From NCBI GenBank assembly GCA_963804145.1, contig CAWDPI010000011.1:30563-94562 (forward strand): a stretch of 64,000 nucleotides of DNA, in the 5' to 3' direction. The position numbers and the translations under genes are program-made. The notes beneath the pieces are model-generated. The model ran no database searches. It was not told the origin of the DNA and saw only the letters and a program-made list of their open reading frames with translations. Shown here in pieces: positions 20,642 to 30,676 of this stretch (its first letter is position 1; every line of letters starts with the position of its first letter). This stretch comes from an uncultured Acidobacteriota bacterium. Its GTDB lineage: Bacteria; Acidobacteriota; Terriglobia; Acidiferrales; UBA7541.

Positions 20642-21172
20642 CTAAAACGGGCAATCCTCGTAGAGCGTTCTGCAATAACGGTACGTCGACCATTCGTTTA
20701 CCTTTCCGGATCGAATCCGCTCCAGGCTCCATTCCGTGCTTGACGCGACATCGAATGCCGCGGCGTCCGATACTTCAGGATGATAAATTTTTGAAATTTG
20801 CCAGAGCCCCCGGCTGGCCTCTCCGTCACCCTTCGCGCGCGGATTGAACTGCGACTCGTGCTTGACGATCCAGAGCGCGAGCTTGGGATTTACCCCATAT
20901 TCCATAGCCTGCGTCTGGACGTAGGCCTTCACCTCTTTCGCGGATGGTTTTCTGCCCTGCGCCGATGGAGGATTGAAAGAAGCGTTAGACATGCTCACAA
21001 ATTGCGGCCGATGGTACTTGTTTATGGTCACCTTCACCAGCAGGGAATGAACCTGCGCGCTTTGAGCAGAAGTAGCTTGACCGCGCGGTTCCGTGCCATG
21101 CGCGGCAAAGGCAATCAGAGGCAGCGAGTAGAAGGCAAGCGAAAACAGCTTCTTGATCGTGGAGGTTCGCAT
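20642..21172 (-). CDS. Lytic transglycosylase (SLT/lysozyme-like) domain protein, secreted
   Basis: 176-aa ORF with a signal peptide and the catalytic motif VKHESQFNPRAKG...GLWQI. Confidence 0.75.
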   Translation of the reverse strand: MRTSTIKKLFSLAFYSLPLIAFAAHGTEPRGQATSAQSAQVHSLLVKVTINKYHRPQFVSMSNASFNPPSAQGRKPSAKEVKAYVQTQAMEYGVNPKLALWIVKHESQFNPRAKGDGEASRGLWQISKIYHPEVSDAAAFDVASSTEWSLERIRSGKVNEWSTYRYCRTLYEDCPF

Positions 21173-21321
21173 GGGAGGGGATTATACATAAAGGCGAACG
21201 TAAAGCGAACACTAATTTTACGTCGTTTCTCCTTGGGTCACGGCGCGCGGCGACGGCTGAGGGCTGTTCCTGATTGCCGCATCGTGGAATGGTACGGGGC
21301 CTGATGCGCCCCGCTGCTTCT

Positions 21322-22104
21322 TTAGTGAGCGATGCCGCTGGTCGTGGCATCTCGCGGGACCGGCTTGCCATATACCTCGATCTGGCCGAGTTGGATGTAG
21401 CCACCTGTCCCATGACCGCTGCTGGGCATCAAGTCAACAAAACCCACTTCGTCAACTTTGCTCAGATCGGGGTCGGGAACCCAGATTTCATTGGCTGGAG
21501 CGGGGTTTCGCCCGAGCGTGACCACGCGGTCTTTATCGAGTTTCATCCAGCGAAGTCCCGTCAATGAAAATTCGCTCTGCGTCAGCATGGGAACGGAGGA
21601 AAAGGGCAGATCGGCAACGAGCATGGTCCCGTCGGGAAGCACGATGGCGGGTCGAACCTCGTGGAAGCCCGAGGTTTTGACGAACCACCGGACGTTGGCA
21701 AGTCCGGTCATGTCAACGGAGTTGTTGGCCTTCAATCGGAAGGTAATCGCGAACGGGCCGTCGCATTCACCCGACCAGACGCCAAACGGCGCGACGTCAC
21801 TCCCCGGCGTGCCCGTGGTCAGCAATTTTTTAGCAGCCGCGCCGTACCACTTAACCTCCACGTTCGTATCGACGACGTTCTCCTGAACCATGGGAACCTG
21901 GCCCGTCTGGCTTGGCGGCCGCACCCATTCCACCCTTAAATACAAGGGAGCCACGACCATGCCGGGCCGTGCCTGTCCGGCACCGCCCCCTTGCCCCCTC
22001 TGGCCGGCCCCGGCTTGCCTTTCCCCCTGCGGGGCTTGCTGCGCAAATCCGAATGAGCTACAAACAATCCCAAGCGCGGCTAGAAAACCCGCGGTCGATT
22101 TCAT
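21322..22104 (-). CDS. Secreted hypothetical protein
   Basis: ATG at 22102-22104. Signal peptide is MKSTAGFLAALGIVCSSFGFAQQ, followed by a Gly/Gln-rich linker. I recognise no family. Confidence 0.6.
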   Translation of the reverse strand: MKSTAGFLAALGIVCSSFGFAQQAPQGERQAGAGQRGQGGGAGQARPGMVVAPLYLRVEWVRPPSQTGQVPMVQENVVDTNVEVKWYGAAAKKLLTTGTPGSDVAPFGVWSGECDGPFAITFRLKANNSVDMTGLANVRWFVKTSGFHEVRPAIVLPDGTMLVADLPFSSVPMLTQSEFSLTGLRWMKLDKDRVVTLGRNPAPANEIWVPDPDLSKVDEVGFVDLMPSSGHGTGGYIQLGQIEVYGKPVPRDATTSGIAH

Positions 22105-22277
22105 GGCGACGCAACGTCGCATAATCGTCCTCCTCGTCCCGGTCGTACGGTCACGGATGGGCGGAGTCTATCTCAACTCCGAAATGCGAACAATGGGTGG
22201 GGATCCGGGCGCAAGGATCTCGCCCTAAAGCACCCAAATTATAGACTGTCAACATTCAACCCTTGCAGCTGCGATAG

Positions 22278-22286
22278 TGTTAAAAT
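22278..22286 (+). promoter_or_regulatory. Possible extended -10 promoter element for ssrA
   Basis: TGtTAAAAT lies 8 nt upstream of the tmRNA 5' end at 22295. No good -35 element was seen. Confidence 0.3.
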
Positions 22287-22294
22287 AAGAACGA

Positions 22295-22650
22295 GGGGGC
22301 GACACGGTTTCGACGGAAGCTGTCGCGACTCGAAGGCATGCCGGGCGCCACCTGCCCGCAATCGGGTGGAAAACTAGAACTGCCAACCAACAGTTGGCTT
22401 TGGCTGCCTAGCTTAAACTAGGCCAGCTACGTTTCCCCGGGCTTCGCCTACGGGCCCGGTAAGAAACGTCACACAGTAGGCTGGCCGTCAAGTCTCGGTC
22501 CGGGGCGAGACGGCGAGAACCAATCGGACTAGCCGGTTGCGTTTCTTGCTCATTCTGAGCGTGGCTGGCGAAACAAACGGAATTGAGCTAAGCATGTAGG
22601 CTTCGAGCCGTAGCGCTTTTCGGACGGGGGTTCAACTCCCCCCGCCTCCA
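22295..22650 (+). ncRNA. ssrA: tmRNA (transfer-messenger RNA)
   Basis: The 5' GGGGGCG pairs with the 3' CGCCTCC, including the G3:U alanine identity pair. The T-arm is ggggg-ttcaact-ccccc. The tag reading frame gcc aac caa cag ttg gct ttg gct gcc tag encodes ANQQLALAA*. The discriminator is A at 22650, and CCA is not encoded. Confidence 0.93.
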
Positions 22651-22811
22651 TTTTAGATGTGCCCAAATTCGGCTTCTCCGAACATTTGGCAATTTCAACG
22701 ATGAACAATTGTGTCGCAATCTCGGAACTCCGGCCTCCAGTCTCTAACCTACAATTTCCGACCGCCAACCTCCGGCACGTGCGCTGGCCGAAACCTCCGT
22801 CCGATGCGGAG

Positions 22812-22841
22812 TTGACAAGACTTCCCGGTGGTTCCGATAAT
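22812..22841 (+). promoter_or_regulatory. Sigma70-like promoter candidate
   Basis: TTGACA (22812-22817), an 18-nt spacer, then GATAAT (22836-22841), about 90 nt upstream of the ATG at 22933. Confidence 0.35.
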
Positions 22842-22932
22842 CTGATTTGGGGCCAACTTCTGTTCTGGCGGGCTGCCCTGCGAAACTCAGGGTAAGCAAG
22901 TACAGCTCGCACCCGTCTGGAGGCGCGCGGGA

Positions 22933-23853
22933 ATGGCGGCAGATCCAAACTCAGTGGAGCAGGCGGTATCGCGGACGCTGCGTGACAACCTCGAGAAAAT
23001 TCAGCGCACTGCGGACGAACTGCACCAGGCGGTCAACGATATGGTGGCTGCATGCGCGAGCAGCCGCGCGAGCAATGCGTTGCCCTCGATGATCCGCGCC
23101 CAGACGTCGGCGGCTTCGCTGGCCGCCACGCTGGAAGTGCTTTCGCGGTTTGTGACCGGCGCGTTGCAGCCTGCCATGCGGATGCCGTTTGAACCGGAAG
23201 TTTTGCGTGTTCCTTCCCTGAGCGTGCCGCCAATCCCTTCGTTCGAGCCACCTCCGCCTCCGCCAGCGCATCGAATAGAAGAAATATCCTGGGCAGCGCC
23301 AACGCCGGCCGTGCCAGCGCCGGCAGCTTCGGAAATTCCTCCACCGGTTGAGGCTCCCGCATTTTCCAATCCTCCTCCGGCAGCTGAGGACGCTCCGATT
23401 TTAAAGCCCGGATTTTTGAACGAACCCGAGCCGGCAACTCTGCCCGAGCCAGAGACAGAGTTTGAACTGGAGCTTCCCGGCGATTTGGAGCCGGCAGTTG
23501 AGGTGCAGCCGGCAGGTAAGTCCCTGGAAGCGGGGCCGGTTTTTAATCTCGACTTGCTGGCACCGGAAGAGCAAGAATTGCACCGGCGGGCCTTCCGCGT
23601 GGCCAAGGTATCGATGCAGGACATCCGGATGTTGCGTCCGGAAGACGTACGGCTGGGGCGCGAGAATAAGGATTTGTGTTTCAGACTGCGTGATGACATT
23701 GAGAAGGCTCACAAAGAATACGATCGCCGTTTCCAATCCATCCAGTCACATCCAGTGGACTACTTTTACGACTGGATGGTGGAAATATTGGGCGGCGGAG
23801 ATCCGCAAGCGCTCGGCGAGTATCCTTACCCATCTCCCGTCCTGCGCCGGTAG
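22933..23853 (+). CDS. Hypothetical protein: N-terminal helical region, Pro-rich linker, conserved-looking C-terminal domain
   Basis: Intact 306-aa ORF. The linker contains SFEPPPPPPAHR...PPVEAPAFSNPPPAAEDAP. The C-terminal part is EEQELHRRAFRVAKVSMQDIRMLRPEDVRLGRENKDLCFRLRDDIEKAHKEYDRRF. Confidence 0.7.
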   Translation: MAADPNSVEQAVSRTLRDNLEKIQRTADELHQAVNDMVAACASSRASNALPSMIRAQTSAASLAATLEVLSRFVTGALQPAMRMPFEPEVLRVPSLSVPPIPSFEPPPPPPAHRIEEISWAAPTPAVPAPAASEIPPPVEAPAFSNPPPAAEDAPILKPGFLNEPEPATLPEPETEFELELPGDLEPAVEVQPAGKSLEAGPVFNLDLLAPEEQELHRRAFRVAKVSMQDIRMLRPEDVRLGRENKDLCFRLRDDIEKAHKEYDRRFQSIQSHPVDYFYDWMVEILGGGDPQALGEYPYPSPVLRR

Positions 23854-26260
23854 TGCGAAAGCACTCGCCGGGAAGCCTGTCTACTTCCACATCCTGGCTG
23901 GAGTTGTAACCGCAGCGCTTTTCATGTGCGCCGCGCCGCAGACGCGCGCACAAACCGCGGCCACGCCAGCGAAGAAACCCGCAACCAAATCTTCGGCTAA
24001 CCCTGCTGCGCCAAAGAAACCAGCGGTTACCGCTGCTTCAAGCGCAAGTCTGCCGGAAAAAGAACTCGCGCAGCTTTCGCGCGCGCTGCGCAACAATCCG
24101 AACGCGACGACCTACGCGGCGCTCGCCGCTTTTGCTTCGCGAAATACGAAGAATGAAACCGGCGCGCGCGCGGCGCTGGCCCTCGGCTACTACGATCTGA
24201 CGCAGGACAAGGCCGATCTGGCGCTGGGCTGGCTGCGCAAGGCCGTCGACGATAAATTGCTGCGCGAATATGTGCTGTACTGGCAGGCGCAGGCTTCTCT
24301 CGGTCTGGGGGAGAAGGAAGCGGCGCTCGAGCAGTTCCAAAGCATACTGCGGGATTTTCCTGGCAGCGCGATGACGGAGCTGACCGTCACCTCACTCGCA
24401 CAGACTGCATTGGAAATCGGAAAAGGCGGAGACGCGCTGGCGGCGCTGGATTCCTATCCGAATACAAATTCCAAGCCTGCACTGCTTTTGCTGCGCGCGC
24501 AGGCGCATGAAAAAATCGCGGCGTCGAAAGCGGAAAAGCCGGCGGCCGCGGCCGCGGATTATCTGGACCTCTACTATCGCTTTCCGCTGAACGAGGAAGC
24601 GAAAGCGGCAGGGCAGAGAATCCCGGCGCTGCAATCCGCGCTGGGCGAATCTTTCCCCGGCGTGCCGATGCAAACGCAGATGGCGCGGGCGGAGGCGTTT
24701 TACATCGCCAAGCGATGGCGCGAGGCCAGCACGGAATTCGCCAGCCTGCTTCCGAAATTGTCCGGCGCGGATCACCAGCGCGCCGACCTGCGCATCGTGC
24801 AATGCGAAGTCGAAGCGGGAGGCAAGCTCGACCAACTGAGCGAAATTTCGCTTGCCGATGCCGACCTCGACGCCGAGCGCCTGTACTCGATGGAGCAAGC
24901 GCATCGCACACAAAAACTCGAAGCGGCGATGCTCGAGGATGTCGACGTGCTCGTCAAGCGCTATCCGCAAAGCTCCTGGGCGGCGGACGCGCTGTTTGGA
25001 GCGGGCAACTTTTATTGGGTGACACTGGATCGCGCGCGCGCCGCTGATTTTTATCGCCGCTCGCTGGATATCTCGCCGGACGGCAGAAACGCGGCAACCG
25101 CGGAGTGGCGCGTGGCCTGGACCGCTTATTTAGACCGCAAACCCGAGGCCGCGGATATGCTCGAAGCCTACGTCCGCCGGTTTCCGTTTTCGAGTTACAT
25201 TCAGGACGCGCTGTACTGGATCGGGCGTGCCTACGAGCGCTCGGGAAACACGGATCGCGCGCGGAATTTTTACTTGGCCGACGCCAATCGGTTTCCGCTG
25301 ACATATTTTGGAGCCAAGGCCGCCGAACGCCTTCGCGCAGGGCCGGACCCGGTCGACGCTTTGCCCGTCGATCCCACCGACTCTGCTCTGGTGATTCCTC
25401 CCGCGCCGCCTTTGCCGGCGCTCGATCAGCCGGGCGCGGCGGCAATGGAACAACGTGAGGCCCGCGCGCACGCGCTCAGCGATATTGCATTTGATACTTC
25501 GGCGGAGATGGAATATCGCGCGGCGTACGCCACGACCCATTCGCCGAAATTTTTGATCGACGCTGCCGGCGCGGCGATCTCCGCGGGACATTACGGGGCC
25601 GGGATGGCCGCCGTGCGGCAGGCGTTTCCTCAGCTGGAGGCACGGCGCATCGCGGAAATTCCGAATGAGGCGTGGCGCGCGGCGTTTCCGCTGCCGTACG
25701 AATTGAATCTGCGCAGCGAGGCGGCGCACAACCAGCTGGACCCGATGTTGATGGCCGGACTGATCCGGCAGGAATCGGCGTTTGAATCCAAGGCGATGTC
25801 GCACGCGGGCGCGGTCGGCCTGATGCAGGTCGAGCCCAAGACCGCGCTCAAGGTGGCGCGCCAATTAAAAGTGCGATTTGCGCGCATGCGGCTCACCGAT
25901 CCGGGTTACAATTTGCAGCTTGGTTCGCGCTACCTGGCCGACCTGATCCAGTCCTTCGGAACGCCGGAGGCGGCCCTGGCCGCCTACAATGCGGGCGAAG
26001 ACCGCGTGGCGCAGTGGACGGCGGGCCAGAATTATCTCGAGACGCCGGAATTTGTGGAATCCATTCCGTTCACCGAGACACGGGAGTACGTGCAGATCGT
26101 GATTCGCAACTCGGATGTTTACCGTCCAGTATATGGACCGCCGCCCGCAGCCAGTCCGCAGCGGGCGCGTCTGCCGAAACGCGCCTCCATGAAGACCGTG
26201 GCCGAGCGCCCGGCTGCGGCAAGCGATCCGCGGCCCGCCGCGACGGGAGAAATTCGTTGA
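23853..26260 (+). CDS. Soluble lytic murein transglycosylase (Slt70-like: superhelical repeat domain plus SLT domain)
   Basis: The C-terminal SLT motifs are LMAGLIRQESAFESKAMSHAGAVGLMQV and AAYNAGEDRV. The N-terminal region is TPR-like. The start is uncertain: GTG 23853 overlaps the upstream TAG and gives MRKHSPG, but it joins the main frame (KPVYFHILAGVVTAALFMCAAPQTRAQ) only if one base is restored near 23870. In-frame alternatives are CTG 23894 and ATG 23924. Confidence 0.85.
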
Positions 26261-27475
26261 GCGCAGGCGAGGCGTCCACCACAGGCTCGACCCGGGTTGC
26301 AGCCGCGGTGCAGCGAAGGCTTTCCGCCAAAGCCGAGCGATTCACCGAATCCGTGATTCGCGAAATGACCCGCCTCGCGCATGAAATACGACGCCGTCAA
26401 CATGGCGCAGGGATTTCCCGATTTTCCCGCGTCCGCGGAAGTCAAGGAAGCCGCCCGGCAGGCCATCACCGACGACATCAATCAGTACGCCATCACCTGG
26501 GGCGCGAAGGAATTGCGCGACGCCATCGCCCGGAAATTCGAGCGCACGCAGGGCGTGCGCGTCGATCCCGAACGCGAAATCACCGTCACCTGCGGCTCAA
26601 CCGAAGCCATGATGGCGACGATGATGGGGATCATCAATCCCGGCGATGAAGTCGTGATCTTCGAGCCGCATTACGAAAATTACGGTCCCGATGCGATTCT
26701 TTCCGGCGCCACGCCGCGCTTCGTGCAGCTCCAGCCGCCGGACTGGAATTTCGACCGCGAAGAACTGACGCGCGCGTTTGGCCCCAAGACAAAAGCCATC
26801 ATCGTCAACACGCCCAACAATCCCACTGGAAAAGTTTTCTCGCGCGAGGAGCTGGAATTTATCCGCGACCTCTGCGTGCGCTGGAACTGCCTTCGCCGTC
26901 ACGGATGAAATTTACGAGCACATTATTTACGACGGCGCGAAGCACATCTCGATGGCTTCGCTCGACGGCATGCGCGACCGCACGATCACCATCAACGGGA
27001 TGTCGAAAACCTATAGCGTCACGGGATGGCGCGTCGGCTGGGCCATTGCGCCGCCGGAAGCTTCCGTCCCGATTCGCAAGGTGCACGACTTTTTGACGGT
27101 CGGCGCTGCGGCGCCATTGCAGCAAGCCGGCGCGGTCGCTCTCGAATTGCCGCCCAGCTACTACCAGAAACTCGCGGAAAACTATCGCGTGAAGCGCGAC
27201 CGCATGCTGGCGATTCTGGACAGACGCCGGTTTCCGCTGCTTCAAACCTGCCGGCGCGTACTACATCATGACCGATATTTCGGGCTTCCACTATCCGGAC
27301 GATATTTCTTTCTCGAGATTTCTTGTCGAGAAGATTGGAATCGCCGTCGTGCCCGGTTCGAGCTTTTACGACGATCGCGACGATGGGCGCGCGCCAGGTG
27401 CGCTTCACGTTCTGCAAGAAGGAATCGACGCTGGCCGCCTGCGCGGAGAAGCTCTCAAAGCTGCGTCACGGATAG
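26257..27475 (+). pseudogene. Class I/II (YbdL/methionine-type) PLP-dependent aminotransferase, broken by 4 apparent +1 insertions
   Basis: Four frames stitch into one canonical protein: ...FTESVIREMTRLAHE|YDAVNMAQGFPDF...NTPNNPTGKVFSREELEFIRDLCVRWN|AFAVTDEIYEHIIYDG...INGMSKTYSVTGWRVGWAI...ILDR|AGFRCFKPAGAYYIMTDIS...DDGRA|QVRFTFCKKESTLAACAEKLSKLRHG*. The extra bases are at about 26386, 26888, 27225 and 27394. Confidence 0.85.
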
Positions 27476-27579
27476 CGCGCTTTCGTTTTCGGGGAATTCC
27501 AATCGCATTCGCTGGTCCCGTTCGTTCACGCTGAAAATATGGATTCAGCGCCGTCGGCAAATCCAACACGCAGCTGGAC

Positions 27580-27637
<58 letters not shown>

Positions 27638-27678
27638 TCGACGGAGTCGATCTGCTTCGGGCCCTCGCAATCTTCTTC

Positions 27679-28803
27679 GTGTTGATGAACCACGTCAACA
27701 TCCGCCTGCTGATTGCAAAGGTACCCTACCTCAAAGGCCTGCCGCACGAGCTTGTGAACGCGCTCGTCTGGAATGGCCAGCCCGGGGTCCAGATTTTTTT
27801 CGCGGTTTCCGGCTTTTTGATCACGTCGACAACGCTGCGGCGCTGGGGTTCCCTCTCTCGCGTCAGTGTGCGCGACTTCTACCTGCTCCGCTTCGCTCGC
27901 ATCGCGCCATTACTTCTGGTTTTGCTGGCTTTGCTCAGCGCCCTCCATTTAGCACACTTCAACGACTTCGTTGTCCCGGCAAAGACAGGAGGGCTCGGGC
28001 GCGCGCTCGTAGCGGCGCTCACTTTCCATGTGAATGTGCTCGAGGCGCGGCGCGGCTATCTTCCCGGCAACTGGGACATTCTTTGGTCGCTGTCTGTCGA
28101 GGAGATGTTCTACCTCTTCTTTCCGCTCGTCTGTTATGTGTTCGGCCGGGGGAAACTCTTTGTCGCGCTTCTTCTGGCGTTTGTGGTGCTCGGACCTTTC
28201 GGACGCACAGCATTCGCTCATGGCAACGAGGTGTGGCGGGAATACTCGTATCTCGCAGGGATGGACGCGATTGCTCTTGGATGCCTCACCGCTTTGCTCG
28301 TTGCGCGGCGCCAGCTCGCGCGCCGCGCCCTTTTGGCGATGGGAGGCGTTAGCATAGCGCTCCTGATTTTCAATCTCTGCTTTTCGATTCGCGCGGAGTC
28401 CTGGGAACTCGGCCGGTACGGCCTGAATTTTACAGTCCTCGCATTGGCGACGTGCATGGTCATTGCGGCCGCTGCTCAGACCAAATGGCGCAGCCCGCGT
28501 GTATTCACTCCATTCCTTTTATTGGGCCATCGCAGCTATGAGGTTTACCTGACGCACATGTTTGTCGTTTTCGGTTTTTTTCATTTATTTCTTCTGGCCG
28601 GGAAGCCGATGTGGGCGGTTCCATTACTCTTCCTCACAGTGATTCTCCTCGCAAGCGTTTTGGGTGAACTCGTCGCTCGATTTTATTCAGAGCCGATGAA
28701 TCGCTGGCTGCGCAAACGATGGGGAGATGGACCCGAGAGACTCGGTTCCGTGGTCGAAGCCGAAAGAATCACCGCGCATGGCGGAAACCGCATTGTTATA
28801 TAA
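27679..28803 (+). CDS. Acyltransferase family 3 (OafA/YrhL-like O-acyltransferase) membrane protein; 5' end disrupted by the poly(A) tract
   Basis: The 374-aa minimal ORF starts at GTG 27679. The same frame is open back to codon AGG 27634-27636, giving the canonical family N-terminus RLDGVDLLRALAIFFVLMNH. About 10 TM helices are present, with motifs such as VQIFFAVSGFLIT and WSLSVEEMFY. The likely native ATG at 27539 is out of frame as assembled. Confidence 0.85.
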   Translation: MLMNHVNIRLLIAKVPYLKGLPHELVNALVWNGQPGVQIFFAVSGFLITSTTLRRWGSLSRVSVRDFYLLRFARIAPLLLVLLALLSALHLAHFNDFVVPAKTGGLGRALVAALTFHVNVLEARRGYLPGNWDILWSLSVEEMFYLFFPLVCYVFGRGKLFVALLLAFVVLGPFGRTAFAHGNEVWREYSYLAGMDAIALGCLTALLVARRQLARRALLAMGGVSIALLIFNLCFSIRAESWELGRYGLNFTVLALATCMVIAAAAQTKWRSPRVFTPFLLLGHRSYEVYLTHMFVVFGFFHLFLLAGKPMWAVPLLFLTVILLASVLGELVARFYSEPMNRWLRKRWGDGPERLGSVVEAERITAHGGNRIVI

Positions 28804-28838
28804 TATTTTCCGAAGACATTCCGCAAGCGGGTAGTGAC

Positions 28839-29231
28839 TCATTTTGAAAAGAAACGTCGAGCCAGCTCTAGCAATATGCCTGATCCACCGACAGTCAAAG
28901 CGATGTAGCCAAGCGTTTTTGCGGTATGGGCAATTCTCCCTAATTCATTCAGGTCCTTGTCGTGGCGTACGATTGTATTTTGTATGACTGGAAGAGCGGA
29001 GGCCGTTTTGTCTGCCTCTCGAATTACTTCCAACAACCTTTCGTCGTGAGTTTTGCTTATATCCTCCAAAATCTTAGTTGCGTGCCCCGTTCCTCCCAGC
29101 CTTTCCTTTATATCCAAAAGTAGATTCAAGATGCGAATCTCTCCTGCCGAATACGGACCGGGGCCGAACGCTGGCGCTTGGCTCTCACGAGGGACATCTT
29201 CGGGGACCGGCGGTTGAGATCGGCTGGCCAT
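28839..29231 (-). CDS. Hypothetical protein with a C-terminal TM anchor, in an AT-richer islet
   Basis: The ORF track gives 28839-29273. A likely start is the ATG at 29229-29231 (MASRSQPPVPEDVP...). The C-terminal hydrophobic segment is LGYIALTVGGSGILLELA. I recognise no family. Confidence 0.5.
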   Translation of the reverse strand: MASRSQPPVPEDVPRESQAPAFGPGPYSAGEIRILNLLLDIKERLGGTGHATKILEDISKTHDERLLEVIREADKTASALPVIQNTIVRHDKDLNELGRIAHTAKTLGYIALTVGGSGILLELARRFFSK

Positions 29232-29330
29232 TATTATGATTTTATTAGATTGCACGTAGGCACGCTCCCGCATTAGTCTTAATGCAAGAAACGTGCCAAA
29301 AAACGCCCGACGGTGATTCGGGCTTTGAAC

Positions 29331-29700
29331 TTAGGCCGCAATAGTACCACTTCTGTCTATCAAGTCTTTAATTTCTTCAATTATCCAAACGTGGCCCGCA
29401 ATTCCGGCTTCCATCGCAGGCGTAACGCGCAAACTCTTGTGAGTCCGGCAAAAGTTATAGTGCATGTATTGAAGCGCAATAGCCCAAAAACGACTATCGA
29501 TCTTCTTTGAGAAGGCATTCGTTAGCCGGGTGAATCGGCGCATGGACATTCGCATTGTGAGGTTCTGCCGTTCCACATGGCTTGTGGAGATGCGTTTCGG
29601 ATCGGGACGGCCCATAATGGCTTGCTCGCGGCATCCGATGCATTCTGCCCGGCTGTAGCGAGCTTCGGTCTGCTGATCTTCGCCGTAGAGCTTTATGAGC
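29331..29700 (-). mobile_element. C-terminal remnant of an IS1-family-like transposase (pseudogene)
   Basis: The translation ...ISTSHVERQNLTMRMSMRRFTRLTNAFSKKIDSRFWAIALQYMHYNFCRTHKSLRVTPAMEAGIAGHVW matches, from memory, the C-terminal region of IS1-type transposases. The N-terminal two thirds are missing and the ORF runs into the MITE-like repeat at 29701. Confidence 0.5.
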
Positions 29701-29823
29701 CGGGTGCCCCACCCTTTGTGGGTTTCAAAGGGTGGGGGTTCAAATTCAACAAGAACCGAGATTGTGGAGTTAGACGGTCGGAAAATTCCCACTCTTGCAA
29801 AAGCCGCAACGATAGGTCACCCG
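29701..29823. repeat. MITE-like double-hairpin element, copy 1 (family A)
   Basis: cgggtgccccaccctttgtgggtttcaaagggtggggg ... cccactcttgcaaaagccgcaacgataggtcaccc. It has the same two-hairpin layout and inverted termini (gggtgcccc / ggtcaccc) as the copies at 41109, 60930 and 63681. Confidence 0.75.
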
Positions 29824-29834
29824 GCGCGCGGCTC

Positions 29835-30434
29835 CTATTTCTTCGGACGTGACTCGGGTGGAACCATGCCTGCCACGCGGTAGTAGACGGATAACTGGCC
29901 GTAGATTTCGCCGGAATGCTCGACGATGCCATAGGCCAAATCGAGGAGGCGGATCTGTTCTTTCCCGGCGTTTCCAGGGACGTCCTCGGCGAAAGGATCG
30001 GTCACCAAAGTGGATATTCCCTTGTCGCCTTTCGATTTGATGGCCGCGGCTCCGTCGGCAAAGGATTTTTTGACATAGGCAACGATGGCAGCTTTATTTT
30101 TGAACTGCGCGCGCGGAGGATCTTCCTCGGGAGGAAGTTTTTGCCCCAGGGCAGCATTGGTGAAGAAATAGTTGGTAGCGGCGCTATGGATCATCCGCTG
30201 GGCAAATGTGCCCGTTGTGGGAGCGGCCTTGAAGTCGTACTTGTCTTCTGGAAAATCCTCGGCCATGGCGATGAGCTTTCGGCCGATTTCATTCCACTGT
30301 TTCAGCAGGGCCGCCGACGGACTGGCCGCGAGGTTCGGCGCATCAGCCTTTTTCGCAGAATCCTGGGCGTACGCGGGCGTAAAGAAGAAGAGGACGGCGG
30401 CGAAGAACACATACGTCTGACGGCTAAGTTTCAT
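29835..30434 (-). CDS. DinB-family protein (secreted)
   Basis: ATG at 30432-30434. Signal peptide is MKLSRQTYVFFAAVLFFFTPAYAQ. Four-helix DinB-type His motifs are present (MIHSAATNYFF, IVEHSGEIYGQLSVYYR). Confidence 0.8.
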   Translation of the reverse strand: MKLSRQTYVFFAAVLFFFTPAYAQDSAKKADAPNLAASPSAALLKQWNEIGRKLIAMAEDFPEDKYDFKAAPTTGTFAQRMIHSAATNYFFTNAALGQKLPPEEDPPRAQFKNKAAIVAYVKKSFADGAAAIKSKGDKGISTLVTDPFAEDVPGNAGKEQIRLLDLAYGIVEHSGEIYGQLSVYYRVAGMVPPESRPKK

Positions 30435-30676
30435 GGGCGTGTTCCTTCCTTGGAGTGCGGACCGGCGCATCTTACCTCAATTTGACAATGTGTAAAATCA
30501 GATATGCGGGGCGTCTGCGCTTGCGTCTGCTCCATGGCGGGCCAGAAAAGTACGGCACGAATCGCAGGGCAATCCTTGGGCGCTTCATGACCCCGCGCTG
30601 GTCCTGTGTTAGAATCCGCCACGAAATCATATTGCCGGCGGGCTGCAACGTACAGCCCGCGCCCGGGAGAATCTGA

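Noticed and set aside
22651-22932. Genomic island or prophage integrated at the tmRNA 3' end
   Set aside because: I saw no integrase, no direct repeat of the tmRNA 3' end and no compositional shift. The next genes are a hypothetical protein with its own promoter-like element and core cell-wall genes.
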